Part shown: positions 30,044 through 40,385 of the stretch, piece by piece
Layout: every line of letters begins with the position of its first letter
Numbering within the stretch: position 1 is the stretch's first letter
Assembly (NCBI GenBank): GCA_963816145.1
Contig: CAWFJP010000012.1
Span: 64,001-128,000, forward strand
DNA length: 64,000 nucleotides
From: an uncultured delta proteobacterium
Lineage (GTDB): Bacteria > Desulfobacterota > Binatia > UBA9968
Direction of reading: 5' to 3'
Position numbers and translations under genes: made by a program
The notes under the pieces: generated by a model
Told to the model about the DNA's origin: nothing
The model's input: only the letters and a program-made list of their open reading frames with translations
Database searches by the model: none

Positions 30044-31123
30044 ATGATCCGGCAATTTTTAGGTATATTTCTCTGTGCGGCGGCCATTGGCCTCGACGGC
30101 GGTTCCGAATCGTTGCCAGCGGCGACGGTCGACGAGCTTGCCAAGAGCATGCGCAGCCTCACTGGCGCTCAGCGCAAGTCGTTCTTAGAGGAGGGCGCGC
30201 GCAAGGAAGGCGAGGTGATCTGGTACACCTCGATGAGCTTGACCGACTTCCCCAAGATCGTCGGCGCTTTCGAGCGGAGCCATCCCTACGTCAAGATCAA
30301 AACCAATCGTTTATCGCAGTCTTCGGTTATGCCCAAGATCGAAACCGAAGCCCGCGCCGGCCACTATGCCGTCGATTTGGTCGCCTCGGCGCCGGTGGAG
30401 ATGTGGGAACTCAAGCAGCGCAATTTCTCCGCGCCCTATCTTTCGCCTGAGCTAAAAGCTTTCCCCACCGGTTCATTCGACCCGCAGGGTTTCTGGGCTT
30501 CGACCGAGGTGACGCCCATAGTTCTGGCATTTAACACTAAATTGGTTGCCCCTGATGACGCGCCCAAGAGTTATCAGGATCTGTTGCTGCCCAAGTGGCG
30601 CGGCAAGATGAATTTCGGCAGCGATGAGTACGCCTGGTATTCAGTCATGCTCGACGGCATGGGCAAAGCCAAGGGGATGGATTTCATGCGCGCCCTGGCG
30701 CGCCAGCAGCTGCATATCCCCGGCGGCAGCAGTATCATGCGCTTGCAATTGATGCTCGCCGGCGAGTCCGCGATGGTGATCGCGGCGCGCGGCCGGCGCG
30801 CCACCGAATACAAAGAAAAGGGCGCGCCGGTGGATTTTCGCTTGCTCGATCCCTATCCGGGCGAGCCCAACGGCTTGGCTTTGATGCGCCGGGCGGCACA
30901 TCCGCATGCTTCTATGCTGTTTATCGACTGGATGCTTTCGGAAGAAGGCCAGACGGTGCTCGCGCAGCAAGTGCCGCGGATTACCTTGCGCAAGGGCGTC
31001 AAGCAGATCCCGCGGCATCAGGAGCTTTACAAAAAAGAGTTCGTTTTTGTGAATCCCGCTTCTCTCGGCCCCAATTTGACCGAGCTGATCGCTTCCTATC
31101 AGCAGGTTTTCAACATCCGCTAA
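30044..31123 (+). CDS. Extracellular solute-binding protein (Fe3+/thiamine-like cluster)
   Basis: GARKEGEVIWYTS, FNTKLV...PKSYQDLL and AAHPHASMLFIDW motifs. Confidence 0.85.
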   Translation: MIRQFLGIFLCAAAIGLDGGSESLPAATVDELAKSMRSLTGAQRKSFLEEGARKEGEVIWYTSMSLTDFPKIVGAFERSHPYVKIKTNRLSQSSVMPKIETEARAGHYAVDLVASAPVEMWELKQRNFSAPYLSPELKAFPTGSFDPQGFWASTEVTPIVLAFNTKLVAPDDAPKSYQDLLLPKWRGKMNFGSDEYAWYSVMLDGMGKAKGMDFMRALARQQLHIPGGSSIMRLQLMLAGESAMVIAARGRRATEYKEKGAPVDFRLLDPYPGEPNGLALMRRAAHPHASMLFIDWMLSEEGQTVLAQQVPRITLRKGVKQIPRHQELYKKEFVFVNPASLGPNLTELIASYQQVFNIR

Positions 31124-31233
31124 ATGGCGGGTCATGGTTTAACTTGATTATGGCTTGGGTGCGAGGATCTCGTCATGTGACACATCTAGTTCAATGGTCT
31201 CGACGGTCGCGGTCAGATGGCTGCCGATTATAT

Positions 31234-31374
31234 CCCCCTTTGGAAAAGGGGGATCAAGGGGGATTTGAATCCGGGGCGGGCAGGTTTTCTTCGGAGCAGT
31301 CGCGCTGTGTTCTGGGACGATGGAGCCGTGTGAGCAGACAAAATCTCCCCTGGCCCCTCTTTTCCAAAGAGGGG
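31234..31374. repeat. REP-like doublet (CCCCCTTT...AAGGGGG family)
   Basis: ccccctttggaaaaggggg..aagggggattt / aaatctcccc..cccctcttttccaaagagggg; a partial copy lies near 38845. Confidence 0.7.
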
Positions 31375-31534
31375 TGATTAAGGATTTAACAGTTTTGCGG
31401 TAGTCGACGAGAATCTATCGTGACTTCTGTACCCACCGTGTCCAAACAGGATGTATAGGTAACGGTTATGGGTGACGGGGAGAGATTTCTCGCTGCGCTC
31501 GAAATGACAGACTTCCACAGGTTATTGAGTACTA

Positions 31535-31984
31535 ATGGCTGTTGAAATCACCCGGTTGGGAGCCGGCACCAAGTATCCGACCGCGGCGTTGCGCCAGATC
31601 GCCGAGATTCTCCTCCGCGCCCTCAAACAAAGCCGTGCCGAACTCAGCATCGCCCTGGTCGGCGACCGGGAAATGCGTCCACTCAACGCCAAGTACCGAA
31701 AGAAAAGGCAAACCACCGATGTGCTGTCGTTCTTCGTCGAGGACCAGCCGAGGTCGGGCGCAAAATTGCTCGGCGACGTGGTGATCTCCGTGGAACAGGC
31801 GCGCCGCCAGGCGGCGGAGGGCGGCATGACCCTCAAGAGCGAGATGGTGACTTTACTGATTCACGGCATCCTGCACTTGCTCGGCTACGACCATGAAAAA
31901 TCGCCGCGCCAAGCGCAGATCATGTTCGCTTACGAGCGGAAACTTCACGCCTACCTTTGTGACCGCGGGTTATTGAAGGTATAG
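31535..31984 (+). CDS. ybeY: rRNA maturation endoribonuclease YbeY
   Basis: TDVLSF, LGDVVIS and HGILHLLGYDH motifs. Confidence 0.95.
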   Translation: MAVEITRLGAGTKYPTAALRQIAEILLRALKQSRAELSIALVGDREMRPLNAKYRKKRQTTDVLSFFVEDQPRSGAKLLGDVVISVEQARRQAAEGGMTLKSEMVTLLIHGILHLLGYDHEKSPRQAQIMFAYERKLHAYLCDRGLLKV

Positions 31985-32031
31985 TAACCGGAGGTCGGAA
32001 GTCGCTAATCAGGAGTCGGAAGAAAGCTAAG

Positions 32032-33136
32032 ATGATCGAAGAAACTACAGAACAACTTACCCACCTCGAAGCGCGGCTTGAGCAGTTGCGGAGGCGGCTT
32101 TGACGTCGACAGCAAGCAGAAGCGTGTCGAGGAGCTGAACCAAGTCACCGCCCAACCGGATTTCTGGAACGACGCCGACAAAGCGCAAAACGTTCTCAAA
32201 GAACAGTCTGCCCTCAAAGCCGTCCTCGCCAACTGGGAAAAGCATCAGTGCGATCTTGAAGAGGCGAGGTTTTTTCTCGACGTCGCCAGAGACGAGAAAA
32301 ACGAGGACGCGCTCGGCGAAGCTGCCGGCAAAGTCGCGGCGATCACCAAGGAGATGGCACAGACCGAGCTGACCCAACTGCTGGGCGGCCCCGATGACAG
32401 GCGCAACGCCATTGTCACGCTGCATCCCGGCGCCGGCGGCACCGAGGCGCAAGACTGGGCCGAGATTCTCTTGCGCATGTATTTACGCTGGTGCGACCGG
32501 CGCGGTTTCCGCAAAGAGATTCTCGACTATCAACCGGGCGAGGAAGCTGGGGTCAAAAGCGTGACCTTTAATGTCACTGGCGATTACGCATTTGGCTACC
32601 TGAAAGCTGAAGCGGGGATTCACCGCCTGGTGCGGATCTCGCCATTCGACGCCAACTCGCGTCGCCATACCTCGTTCGCTTCCGTCTTCGTTTATCCGGA
32701 GGTCGACGACGATATCAAAATAGAAGTTAACGACGACGACCTGCGCGTCGATACTTACCGATCGAGCGGTGCCGGCGGCCAGCATGTCAATAAAACCGAT
32801 TCGGCGGTGCGTCTGACCCATCTGCCGACTGGGATTGTAGTCGCCTGCCAGAACGAGCGCTCGCAGCATAAAAACCGGGCGATGGCGATGAAGATTCTCA
32901 AATCGCGGCTTTACGAATTGGAGCTGGTAAAGCAAAAAGAAAAGATGGAGAGCTACCATAAAACCAAGAAAGACATCGCCTGGGGCAGCCAGATCCGCTC
33001 CTATGTGCTTGCTCCTTATCGCCTGGTCAAGGACCATCGCACCAACGTCGAGGTCGGCAACGCCGACGCCGTCCTCGATGGCGACATCGATCAGTTCATC
33101 GAAGCTTATCTGATGATGGCGGATGAGCCGGCTTAA
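32032..33136 (+). CDS. prfB: Peptide chain release factor 2, with +1 programmed frameshift at 32098-32104
   Basis: MIEETTEQLTHLEARLEQLRRRL then CTT TGA C with an internal GGAGG; the +1 frame contains SPF and GGQ. Confidence 0.97.
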
Positions 33137-33324
33137 GCGGTTTAGGAGTCAGGGGTTAGGGGTAAGGCATCGCCGCTCCGCCCCGCCGCGCGGAACTTTT
33201 CTGCTACTTCCACCGTTGTGATGACAACTAAAATAATGTGAAGTCCGGGTGTGTCCAAAATTTGGCTTGCGCGGATTTTGTGAAGGTGGTCATCTCAAGA
33301 AATTACTGAATCGTCGGAGGATTG

Positions 33325-34523
33325 ATGGAATCGGAAAGTCTAAAGGCCAGCGGAGCTAATGGTCATATCGCAAACCTTGAAGCGGCGGTGTTGCAGCGTT
33401 ATGGCAACGCGGCTCAGGAAGTTGAAGCCTGCTTATGTTTGCCGGTGAACTATGACAAGACATTGTTGAAAGTTATTCCCGACGAGATTATCGAAAAAGA
33501 CTACGGCTGCGGCGACCCGTCGCGTTATATTCGGCTTGGGGAAACCGTTCTCGACCTCGGTTCGGGCAGCGGCAAGGCCTGCTACATTATTTCGCAAATC
33601 GTCGGCGCCCAGGGCAAAGTGATCGGCGTCGATTTCAATCTGCCGATGCTGGGGCTAGCTCGCAAGCATCAGAAATCCATCGGCGACAAGTTGGGCTACC
33701 ACAACGTTGAGTTTCGCCGCGGCAAGATCCAGGATCTTGCAAACCAATCTCGACTTGATCGATGGCTATCTGCAAGCGAATCCGGTTCATTCGGTCGCGC
33801 GATCTGGCCGGGCTGCGAGAATTCGAAATCAAGATGCGCCAGGAACGGCCGCTTATTCCGGATGAATCCATCGATGTGATCGTGTCGAACTGCGTGCTCA
33901 ATCTTGTCCGGCCCGAGGACAAGAAGCAGTTGTTCGCCGAGATGTACCGCGTGCTCAAGCGCGGCGGCAGGATCGCGATTTCCGATATTGTCAGCGACGA
34001 GGCGGTGCCTGAACATTTGGCCAAAGACCCGGATCTGTGGAGCGCCTGCGTGTCCGGATCCTTTCAAGAAGAAGACTTTTTGCGCGCCTTCGAAGACGCC
34101 AAGTTTCACGGTATGCAAATCGAAGAGCTGCGCAGCGAGGCCTATCAAACCGTCGAGGGCATCGAGTTCCGCGCCATCACGGTGACCGCATACAAAGGCA
34201 AAGATGGGCCCTGCATCGAGCGCAACCAAGCGGTGATTTACCGCGGTCCTTGGAAGCAAGTGGTCGACGACGATGGCCATACGTTGGAGCGCGGCGCGCG
34301 CATGGCGGTGTGCGACAAGACGTTCAAGTTGTATTCACAGGCGCCCTACGCCGGACAATTCATTCTGGTGCCGCCTCGTGAAGAAGTGGCGCTGGCAAGC
34401 GCCGGTTCCTATGATTGTTCGCGCGATCACAAACGCCATCCACGCGAGACCAAGGGGATGGAGTACAACGTCACGAAGATGTCCGGCTCCGTTTGCGGAC
34501 CGGATTCCAATTGCTGTCCGTGA
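33325..34523 (+). CDS. ArsM-like SAM-dependent methyltransferase; two +1 frameshifts near 33740 and 33800
   Basis: YGCGDP, VLDLGSGSG, SNCVLNL, WSACVSG motifs and a Cys-rich C-terminus. Confidence 0.8.
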
Positions 34524-34624
34524 AATAAATTCATATTGATAATTGAGAATGGACAATTGAGAATTATCGGAGGAAGAGAAGAATCGGAACTGCCAATTGG
34601 ATGTAGAGGTTCTCTGATATCTCG

Positions 34625-35584
34625 ATGCAACCGTTCACTGAAAAACTTCGTCGACTAAACGGCAGCGGCCTCAAGCGCCGGTCGGTCGATGTGTTGCAAG
34701 TGAACCTTGGGCGCTACTGCAACCTGGCCTGCATCCACTGCCATGTCGAGGCCGGGCCGACGCGCACGGAGATGATGAGCCGGGAGAATGTCGACGCAGT
34801 GCTGGGTTTTCTCGGTGCGACCAACATTGCGACCCTCGATATCACCGGCGGCGCGCCGGAGCTGCACCCGGCATTCGATTATCTGGTCGAGTCGGCACGC
34901 GGGCTGGGCCGGCAGGTGATCGATCGCTGCAACTTAACGGTGATCTTCGAGCCGGGGAAAGATTATCTGCCGGAGTTTTTTCGCCGGCAGCGAGTCGAAC
35001 TTGTCTGTTCACTGCCTTGCTATTCCAGCGATAATGTCGACAAGCAGCGCGGCAAGGGCACTTTCGCCGGCAGCATCCGGGCGCTGCAAATTCTCAACGG
35101 ACTCGGTTACGGCCGGCCGGAGAGCGGCTTGGTGCTCAATCTGGTTTACAATCCCGTCGGACCGCACTTGCCGCCGCCGCAAGAAAAACTCGAGCAGGAC
35201 TACAAGCGAATTCTTCACGATGAATTCGGCATTGTCTTCAATCGGCTGTTTTGCCTGACCAATATGCCAATCACCCGTTATGCGACCCATCTCAAGCTCC
35301 GCAGCGAGTATGAGCCGTACTTGGATCTGCTCGAGCGCAGTTTCAACGCTAGCACCGTCGATCAAGTGATGTGCCGCAATTTGATCAGCGTCGGCTGGGA
35401 TGGCGGGATTTACGATTGTGATTTCAATCAAATGCTCGACATGCCGCTCACCGACGGCGAAAAACCTTTGCATATCGCTTCAGTGACTTTGGATCAACTG
35501 ACCGGGCCGGCGATCGCGGTCGGCGACCACTGCTATGCGTGCACCGCCGGTTCGGGCAGCAGTTGCGGCGGCACGCTTGTCTGA
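34625..35584 (+). CDS. arsS: Arsenosugar-biosynthesis-type radical SAM protein (Cys-rich C-terminus)
   Basis: LQVNLGRYCNLACIHCHV, DITGGAPE, YDCDFNQ and HCYACTAGSGSSCGG motifs. Confidence 0.88.
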   Translation: MQPFTEKLRRLNGSGLKRRSVDVLQVNLGRYCNLACIHCHVEAGPTRTEMMSRENVDAVLGFLGATNIATLDITGGAPELHPAFDYLVESARGLGRQVIDRCNLTVIFEPGKDYLPEFFRRQRVELVCSLPCYSSDNVDKQRGKGTFAGSIRALQILNGLGYGRPESGLVLNLVYNPVGPHLPPPQEKLEQDYKRILHDEFGIVFNRLFCLTNMPITRYATHLKLRSEYEPYLDLLERSFNASTVDQVMCRNLISVGWDGGIYDCDFNQMLDMPLTDGEKPLHIASVTLDQLTGPAIAVGDHCYACTAGSGSSCGGTLV

Positions 35585-35667
35585 GACCAATGCTAACCCG
35601 CTAAGTCCGTATTCCAGATAGAAAGCCCGCGAAAGTCGACACAGCGCACCGGCTTCTAACGAGAATC

Positions 35668-37920
35668 ATGAAACCAAGTAAAGCGATTCTCCTCGTGATG
35701 GCTCTGGCCGCAGTCGTTGTCGGTGTTCTCTTTCTGCCGGTGCGTGCCTGGTTCGCGCATTTCGAGAGTTTCGTGCGCTCACTCGGCGCCATCGGACCTG
35801 TTGTTGTCGTGCTGGTTTACATTGTTTGCACTGTACTGTTCGTGCCGGGGAGCGCGATTACGATTGGTTCAGGAACGCTGTTCGGCTTGTCGACCGGCTT
35901 TGTCGTCGTGGTTCTTGGCGCTAATTTGGGTGCACTCTGTTCGTTTCTGTTGGCGCGTGGCTTGCTGCGTAACAAAGTCACGCGCTGGGCGGCGGGCAAT
36001 GCTAAGTTTCGTTCCCTCGACCAAGCCATCGGCAAGCAAGGCTTCAAAATGGTTTTGCTCACCCGATTGAGTCCGGTGTTTCCCTTCGTATTGCTGAATT
36101 ATCTGCTCGGAATGACAGCCGTGCGCACACCGTCGTACATCATGGCGAATCTGCTCGGCATGCTGCCAGCGACGTTTCTGTTCGTTTATATCGGCGCCGC
36201 GGCGCGCGATGCGCTCGGCGCGCAAGTCGATGCATCGGCCGGCTTTTATCAGCAGATTCTTAAGTACGTCGGTTTGCTCGCCACGGTTGGTGTGGTTGTT
36301 GTGGTGACCCGCGTTGCGCGCAAGGCCTTGCGCGAGGCGGAACAGTCACAGGAGGGAAACATCGCGGCCGGTAAACCGCTGCTCGATCCAAATCATCGGC
36401 CAGTTGCCTATCGTGAAATGTTGCTTGCCGACGATGTTCATGATCGGCAGCTGATCGAAAATTGTCATCCACCGCGCTGGAGCAATCCGACACCGGCGGG
36501 AAAGTACAATCTGGTCGTCATCGGCGGCGGCACCGCGGGGTTGGTGAGCGCTGCGGGCGCGGCTGGGCTCGGCGCGAAAGTGGCACTCATCGAGCGCAAT
36601 CTTTTGGGCGGCGATTGTCTCAATGTCGGCTGCGTGCCGTCCAAGGGCGTGATCCGTGCGGCGCGCGCCGCTCATGATGCGCGCAGCGGTACGGAGTTCG
36701 GCATCCAACAGACGGCAGATCCGCAGATCGGCTTTGCCACGGCGATGGAGCGCATGCGCCGATTGCGCGCGGGCATCAGCGAACATGATTCGGCGGAGCG
36801 GTTTCGCAAGCTTGGCGTCGATGTCTTTATCGGCCATGGCCGATTTGTCGATCCTAAGACGATTGACGTCGACGGTAATCGCTTGCAGTTCGGCCGGGCT
36901 GTGATCGCCACCGGGGCGCGCGCCGCGGTGCCGCCGATTAGCGGACTTGGTGGCGTTGGCTACTACACCAACGAAACGATTTTTACGCTCACCGAGTCGC
37001 CGCGGCGGCTGGCGGTCATCGGCGCCGGTCCCATCGGTTGCGAATTGGCGCAAAGTTTTCAACGCTTTGGCAGCCAAGTGACGTTGCTCACTGATGGTGC
37101 GGTAATCCTGCCGCGGGAGGATCGCGACGCGGCGGCGATCGTCCGCGCGCAGATCGAAAAAGACGGTGTGACGATCTTGACCGGCGCGCAGATTCAAAGC
37201 GCGTCGCGACGTGACGGCGCGAAGTGTTTATTATTGAACATCGGCGACAGGCCGATGGAATTAGCCTGCGACGCGATTCTGGTAGCGGTCGGGCGCGTGC
37301 CCAACCTCGAAGGATTGGGTCTCGATACCGCGGCAGTGCGCTATGGCATGCGCGGTGTCGACGTCGATGCGCGTATGCGCACGTCCAATCCGCGGGTATA
37401 TGCCGCCGGCGATGTTTGCTCGCGTTACCAGTTTACCCATGCGGCCGACGCGATGGCGCGCATCGTCATTGCCAATGCGCTATTCCTGTCGCGCCGCAAG
37501 GCGACCGATCTAGTCATGCCCTGGTGCACGTACACCGACCCGGAGATCGCTCACGTGGGCTATTACGAAAAGGCTGCGCAGGCTGCCGGTTACGATGTGG
37601 CGACGCTCACGCAGCCGTTGAGCGAGGTCGACCGGGCGATTCTTGACGGCGAGGCGAATGGTTTCGCCCGGGTTCACTACGATAAGAAATCAGGTAGAGT
37701 TCTTGGCGGCACCATCGTCGCGCGCCACGCCGGCGAGATGTTGGGCGAATTGACGCTGGCGATCACGGCGAAGCAGACGATGGGAGTGTTGTCGTCGACG
37801 ATTCATTCCTACCCGACCCAGGCCGAAGCGCTGCGCAAGATCGGCGATGCGTACATGCGCACCAAGCTGACGCCGACGGTTAAAAAGGTTTTTGCCAAAT
37901 GGTTGGAATGGCGACGATGA
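35668..37920 (+). CDS. TVP38/DedA membrane domain fused to a pyridine nucleotide-disulfide oxidoreductase (MerA/LpdA-like)
   Basis: LTRLSPVFPF..LNY in the N-terminal domain; GGGTAG, GGDCLNVGCVPSK and GAGPIGCE in the C-terminal domain. Confidence 0.88.
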   Translation: MKPSKAILLVMALAAVVVGVLFLPVRAWFAHFESFVRSLGAIGPVVVVLVYIVCTVLFVPGSAITIGSGTLFGLSTGFVVVVLGANLGALCSFLLARGLLRNKVTRWAAGNAKFRSLDQAIGKQGFKMVLLTRLSPVFPFVLLNYLLGMTAVRTPSYIMANLLGMLPATFLFVYIGAAARDALGAQVDASAGFYQQILKYVGLLATVGVVVVVTRVARKALREAEQSQEGNIAAGKPLLDPNHRPVAYREMLLADDVHDRQLIENCHPPRWSNPTPAGKYNLVVIGGGTAGLVSAAGAAGLGAKVALIERNLLGGDCLNVGCVPSKGVIRAARAAHDARSGTEFGIQQTADPQIGFATAMERMRRLRAGISEHDSAERFRKLGVDVFIGHGRFVDPKTIDVDGNRLQFGRAVIATGARAAVPPISGLGGVGYYTNETIFTLTESPRRLAVIGAGPIGCELAQSFQRFGSQVTLLTDGAVILPREDRDAAAIVRAQIEKDGVTILTGAQIQSASRRDGAKCLLLNIGDRPMELACDAILVAVGRVPNLEGLGLDTAAVRYGMRGVDVDARMRTSNPRVYAAGDVCSRYQFTHAADAMARIVIANALFLSRRKATDLVMPWCTYTDPEIAHVGYYEKAAQAAGYDVATLTQPLSEVDRAILDGEANGFARVHYDKKSGRVLGGTIVARHAGEMLGELTLAITAKQTMGVLSSTIHSYPTQAEALRKIGDAYMRTKLTPTVKKVFAKWLEWRR

Positions 37921-37943
37921 GCATCGAGGGTAAGGAGTAAGGC

Positions 37944-38792
37944 GTGAGGCGTAAGGCGATTCGGATCGGTCTGACGACATTATTAATTTTCTTCGGCATG
38001 ATTGAATATTCAATTGCCCAGACGGCACCCAAGGCGCAGTTGTGGGCGCGCTGGCAGAAGCATGATCCGGCGAACGCACAGAGGATCGATCACGGTGCGT
38101 GGGATCGCTTGCTCAAGCAGTATGTGGTCCATCATCCGTCGGGCATCAACCGGGTACGCTATCAAGATATCCGTGTCGAAGATCAAAAGCTTTTGAAAAA
38201 TTATCTCCAGACCCTGCAAGGGATGCCGATCTCGACCTATAATCGCAAAGAACAGCAAGCGTATTGGATCAATCTTTACAACGCGTTCACGATCGACCTG
38301 ATTTTGTCGCGCTTCCCGGTGGCGTCGATTCGCGACATCAACATCTCTCCCGGCTTACTGGCGCGCGGACCTTGGGGTGCCAAGCTGATCAGCGTGGAAG
38401 GCGAAAAGCTATCGCTGGACGATATCGAGCATCGGATCTTGCGGCCGATTTGGCAAGAAGAACGAATTCACTACGCGGTTAACTGCGCCAGTTTAGGCTG
38501 CCCTAACCTGCAGCCGGTGGCGTACACGGGCGATAACACCGAAGCGCTGCTCGACAAAGGCGCCAAGGAGTTTGTCAATCATGCGCGGGGCGTGACGCTC
38601 ACCGGCGACAAGCTCAAAGTATCGAGCATCTATGTGTGGTTCCAGGAGGATTTTGGCGGCGGCCCGGAAGGGCTGATGGAGCACTGGCGCAGTTTCGCAA
38701 ATCCCGCGCTGGCGGGAGCGCTGGAAAAATACCAAGGCGGTTTGAGTCACGACTACGATTGGCGCTTGAACGGCGTCGACCTAAAACCGTAG
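37944..38792 (+). CDS. DUF547 domain secreted protein
   Basis: AYWINLYNA, LDDIEHRILR, RIHYAVNCASLGCP and YDWRLN motifs. Confidence 0.88.
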   Translation: MRRKAIRIGLTTLLIFFGMIEYSIAQTAPKAQLWARWQKHDPANAQRIDHGAWDRLLKQYVVHHPSGINRVRYQDIRVEDQKLLKNYLQTLQGMPISTYNRKEQQAYWINLYNAFTIDLILSRFPVASIRDINISPGLLARGPWGAKLISVEGEKLSLDDIEHRILRPIWQEERIHYAVNCASLGCPNLQPVAYTGDNTEALLDKGAKEFVNHARGVTLTGDKLKVSSIYVWFQEDFGGGPEGLMEHWRSFANPALAGALEKYQGGLSHDYDWRLNGVDLKP

Positions 38793-38893
38793 GATATATT
38801 TACCGAAGTGAGCCGATGATCTCGCGGTCTTGCAATTGAATTTACCCCCTTTGCCAAAGGGGGATTTTGTCGAATCGCTGATTTCAGTAATTA

Positions 38894-39574
38894 ATGATGA
38901 ACATTTCAGTCATCGTGCCGGTGCTCAACGAAGACAAGTCCATCGCCGCCACGTTGCAAGCGCTGGCGCCGTTGCAGCCCTACGAAACCATCGTCGTCGA
39001 CGGCGGTAGTCATGATAGAACCAGCGAGATCGCCGCCGAGTTCGGTGTTAAGATAATTTCCGCGGAGCGCGGCCGGGCGCGCCAGATGAATCGCGGCGCG
39101 CAGGAGGCGAGCGGCGAAGTGTTTTTGTTTCTCCACGCCGACACGCGCTTGCCAACAACGGCATTTGCCGATATTGCGGGCGCGCTTGGCGATCCGCGCT
39201 ATGTCGGCGGCCGCTTCGACGTCGCGCTCGATGGCAGCCACTGGATTTTGCCGCTGGTGGCGCGGCTGATCAGCTATCGCTCGCGCGTCTCCAAAGTCGG
39301 CACCGGCGATCAGGCGCTCTTCGTACGCTGCGAAGTGTTTCAGCGCATGGGCGGGTTCCCTGACATTCCGCTCATGGAAGACATCGCTCTCTGCCGCAGT
39401 CTCAAGCGTCTGGGCGAAGTTGCCTGCTTGCGCAGCCGGGTGGTGACCTCGGCGCGCCGTTGGGAATCGGACGGCGTGTGGCGGACGATTTTCCGCATGT
39501 GGACGTTGAAGCTGCTTTATCTGAGTGGCGTATCGCCGACGCGTTTGAAACAGTTCTATGCCGACACCCGCTAA
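38894..39574 (+). CDS. GT2 glycosyltransferase (TIGR04283-like, arsenosugar-associated)
   Basis: SVIVPVLNE, GRARQMNRGA, FLHADT, GDQALF, MEDI and TSARRW motifs. Confidence 0.88.
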   Translation: MMNISVIVPVLNEDKSIAATLQALAPLQPYETIVVDGGSHDRTSEIAAEFGVKIISAERGRARQMNRGAQEASGEVFLFLHADTRLPTTAFADIAGALGDPRYVGGRFDVALDGSHWILPLVARLISYRSRVSKVGTGDQALFVRCEVFQRMGGFPDIPLMEDIALCRSLKRLGEVACLRSRVVTSARRWESDGVWRTIFRMWTLKLLYLSGVSPTRLKQFYADTR

Positions 39575-40253
39575 CGCTCTCGCCATTATGGCCAAGGCGC
39601 CGCTGGCGGGCGCCGTGAAGACCCGGCTGGTGCCGCCGCTGACGCCGGCCCAGGCCGCGGAGTTCTATCGCGCGCTGCTGCTCGACCAGTTCGACCATTT
39701 GCGACATTACGCCGGCGCCGAGCGCTATGTGTTTTTTGCACCGGCGGATGCCGAAAATACTTTGCGCGATCTCGGCGGCGCCGAGTACGCCTATCTGGCG
39801 CAATCCGGTGGCGATCTCGGCGCCCGCATGCAACAAATATTCACTGCGCTTTGGCATTTGGGCCATCGCAACATTATTCTCATTGGCAGCGATCTGCCCG
39901 CAGTGCCTTGGGCGATTCTCGACGAGGGCTTCGCCCAATTGGCCCAGACGGAATCGCGGCTGGTCTTGGGGCCGAGCCGGGACGGCGGTTATTATCTTGT
40001 CGGCATGAATCGACCGACGCCGGAGATATTTGCCGACATGACCTGGAGCCATGAGCGGGTTTTGGCGGAGACGACGGCGCGGCTCGACGCGCTTGATCTG
40101 ACCTACAACATTCTGCCGACTTGGTTTGACCTCGATGTGGCCGAAGATTTTCAACGATTGTGGACATTGCCGAAAACAAAGTCACGTGGGGTGCTGAGCC
40201 GAACGCTGCTTTTCTTGCAACAGTCCGGCCTTTGGCCGCCGTCAAAAGTCTGA
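39558..40253 (+). CDS. DUF2064 / TIGR04282-like transferase
   Basis: AKAP..G.VKTRL, QSGGDLGARM, IGSDLP and LGPSRDGGYYLVG motifs. Confidence 0.88.
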   Translation: MPTPANALAIMAKAPLAGAVKTRLVPPLTPAQAAEFYRALLLDQFDHLRHYAGAERYVFFAPADAENTLRDLGGAEYAYLAQSGGDLGARMQQIFTALWHLGHRNIILIGSDLPAVPWAILDEGFAQLAQTESRLVLGPSRDGGYYLVGMNRPTPEIFADMTWSHERVLAETTARLDALDLTYNILPTWFDLDVAEDFQRLWTLPKTKSRGVLSRTLLFLQQSGLWPPSKV

Positions 40254-40385
40254 CAGTCGCCGAATACATTTGCTTTAAGATCTGCCGATTAGTTCGAGTA
40301 TGTTGCTGACCTCGGCGGGCGAAAGTGATAAGAGTACGCATGAATCAACCCTACCGGCAGGTTCCGGTTAGAACAGGCAGACCTT

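Noticed and set aside
35545-35584. Selenocysteine in the ArsS C-terminus
   Set aside because: The GSSCGG codon is TGC; the terminal TGA follows the normal end of the family.
35668-37920. Mercuric reductase merA
   Set aside because: No C-terminal Cys-Cys pair and no mer operon context.
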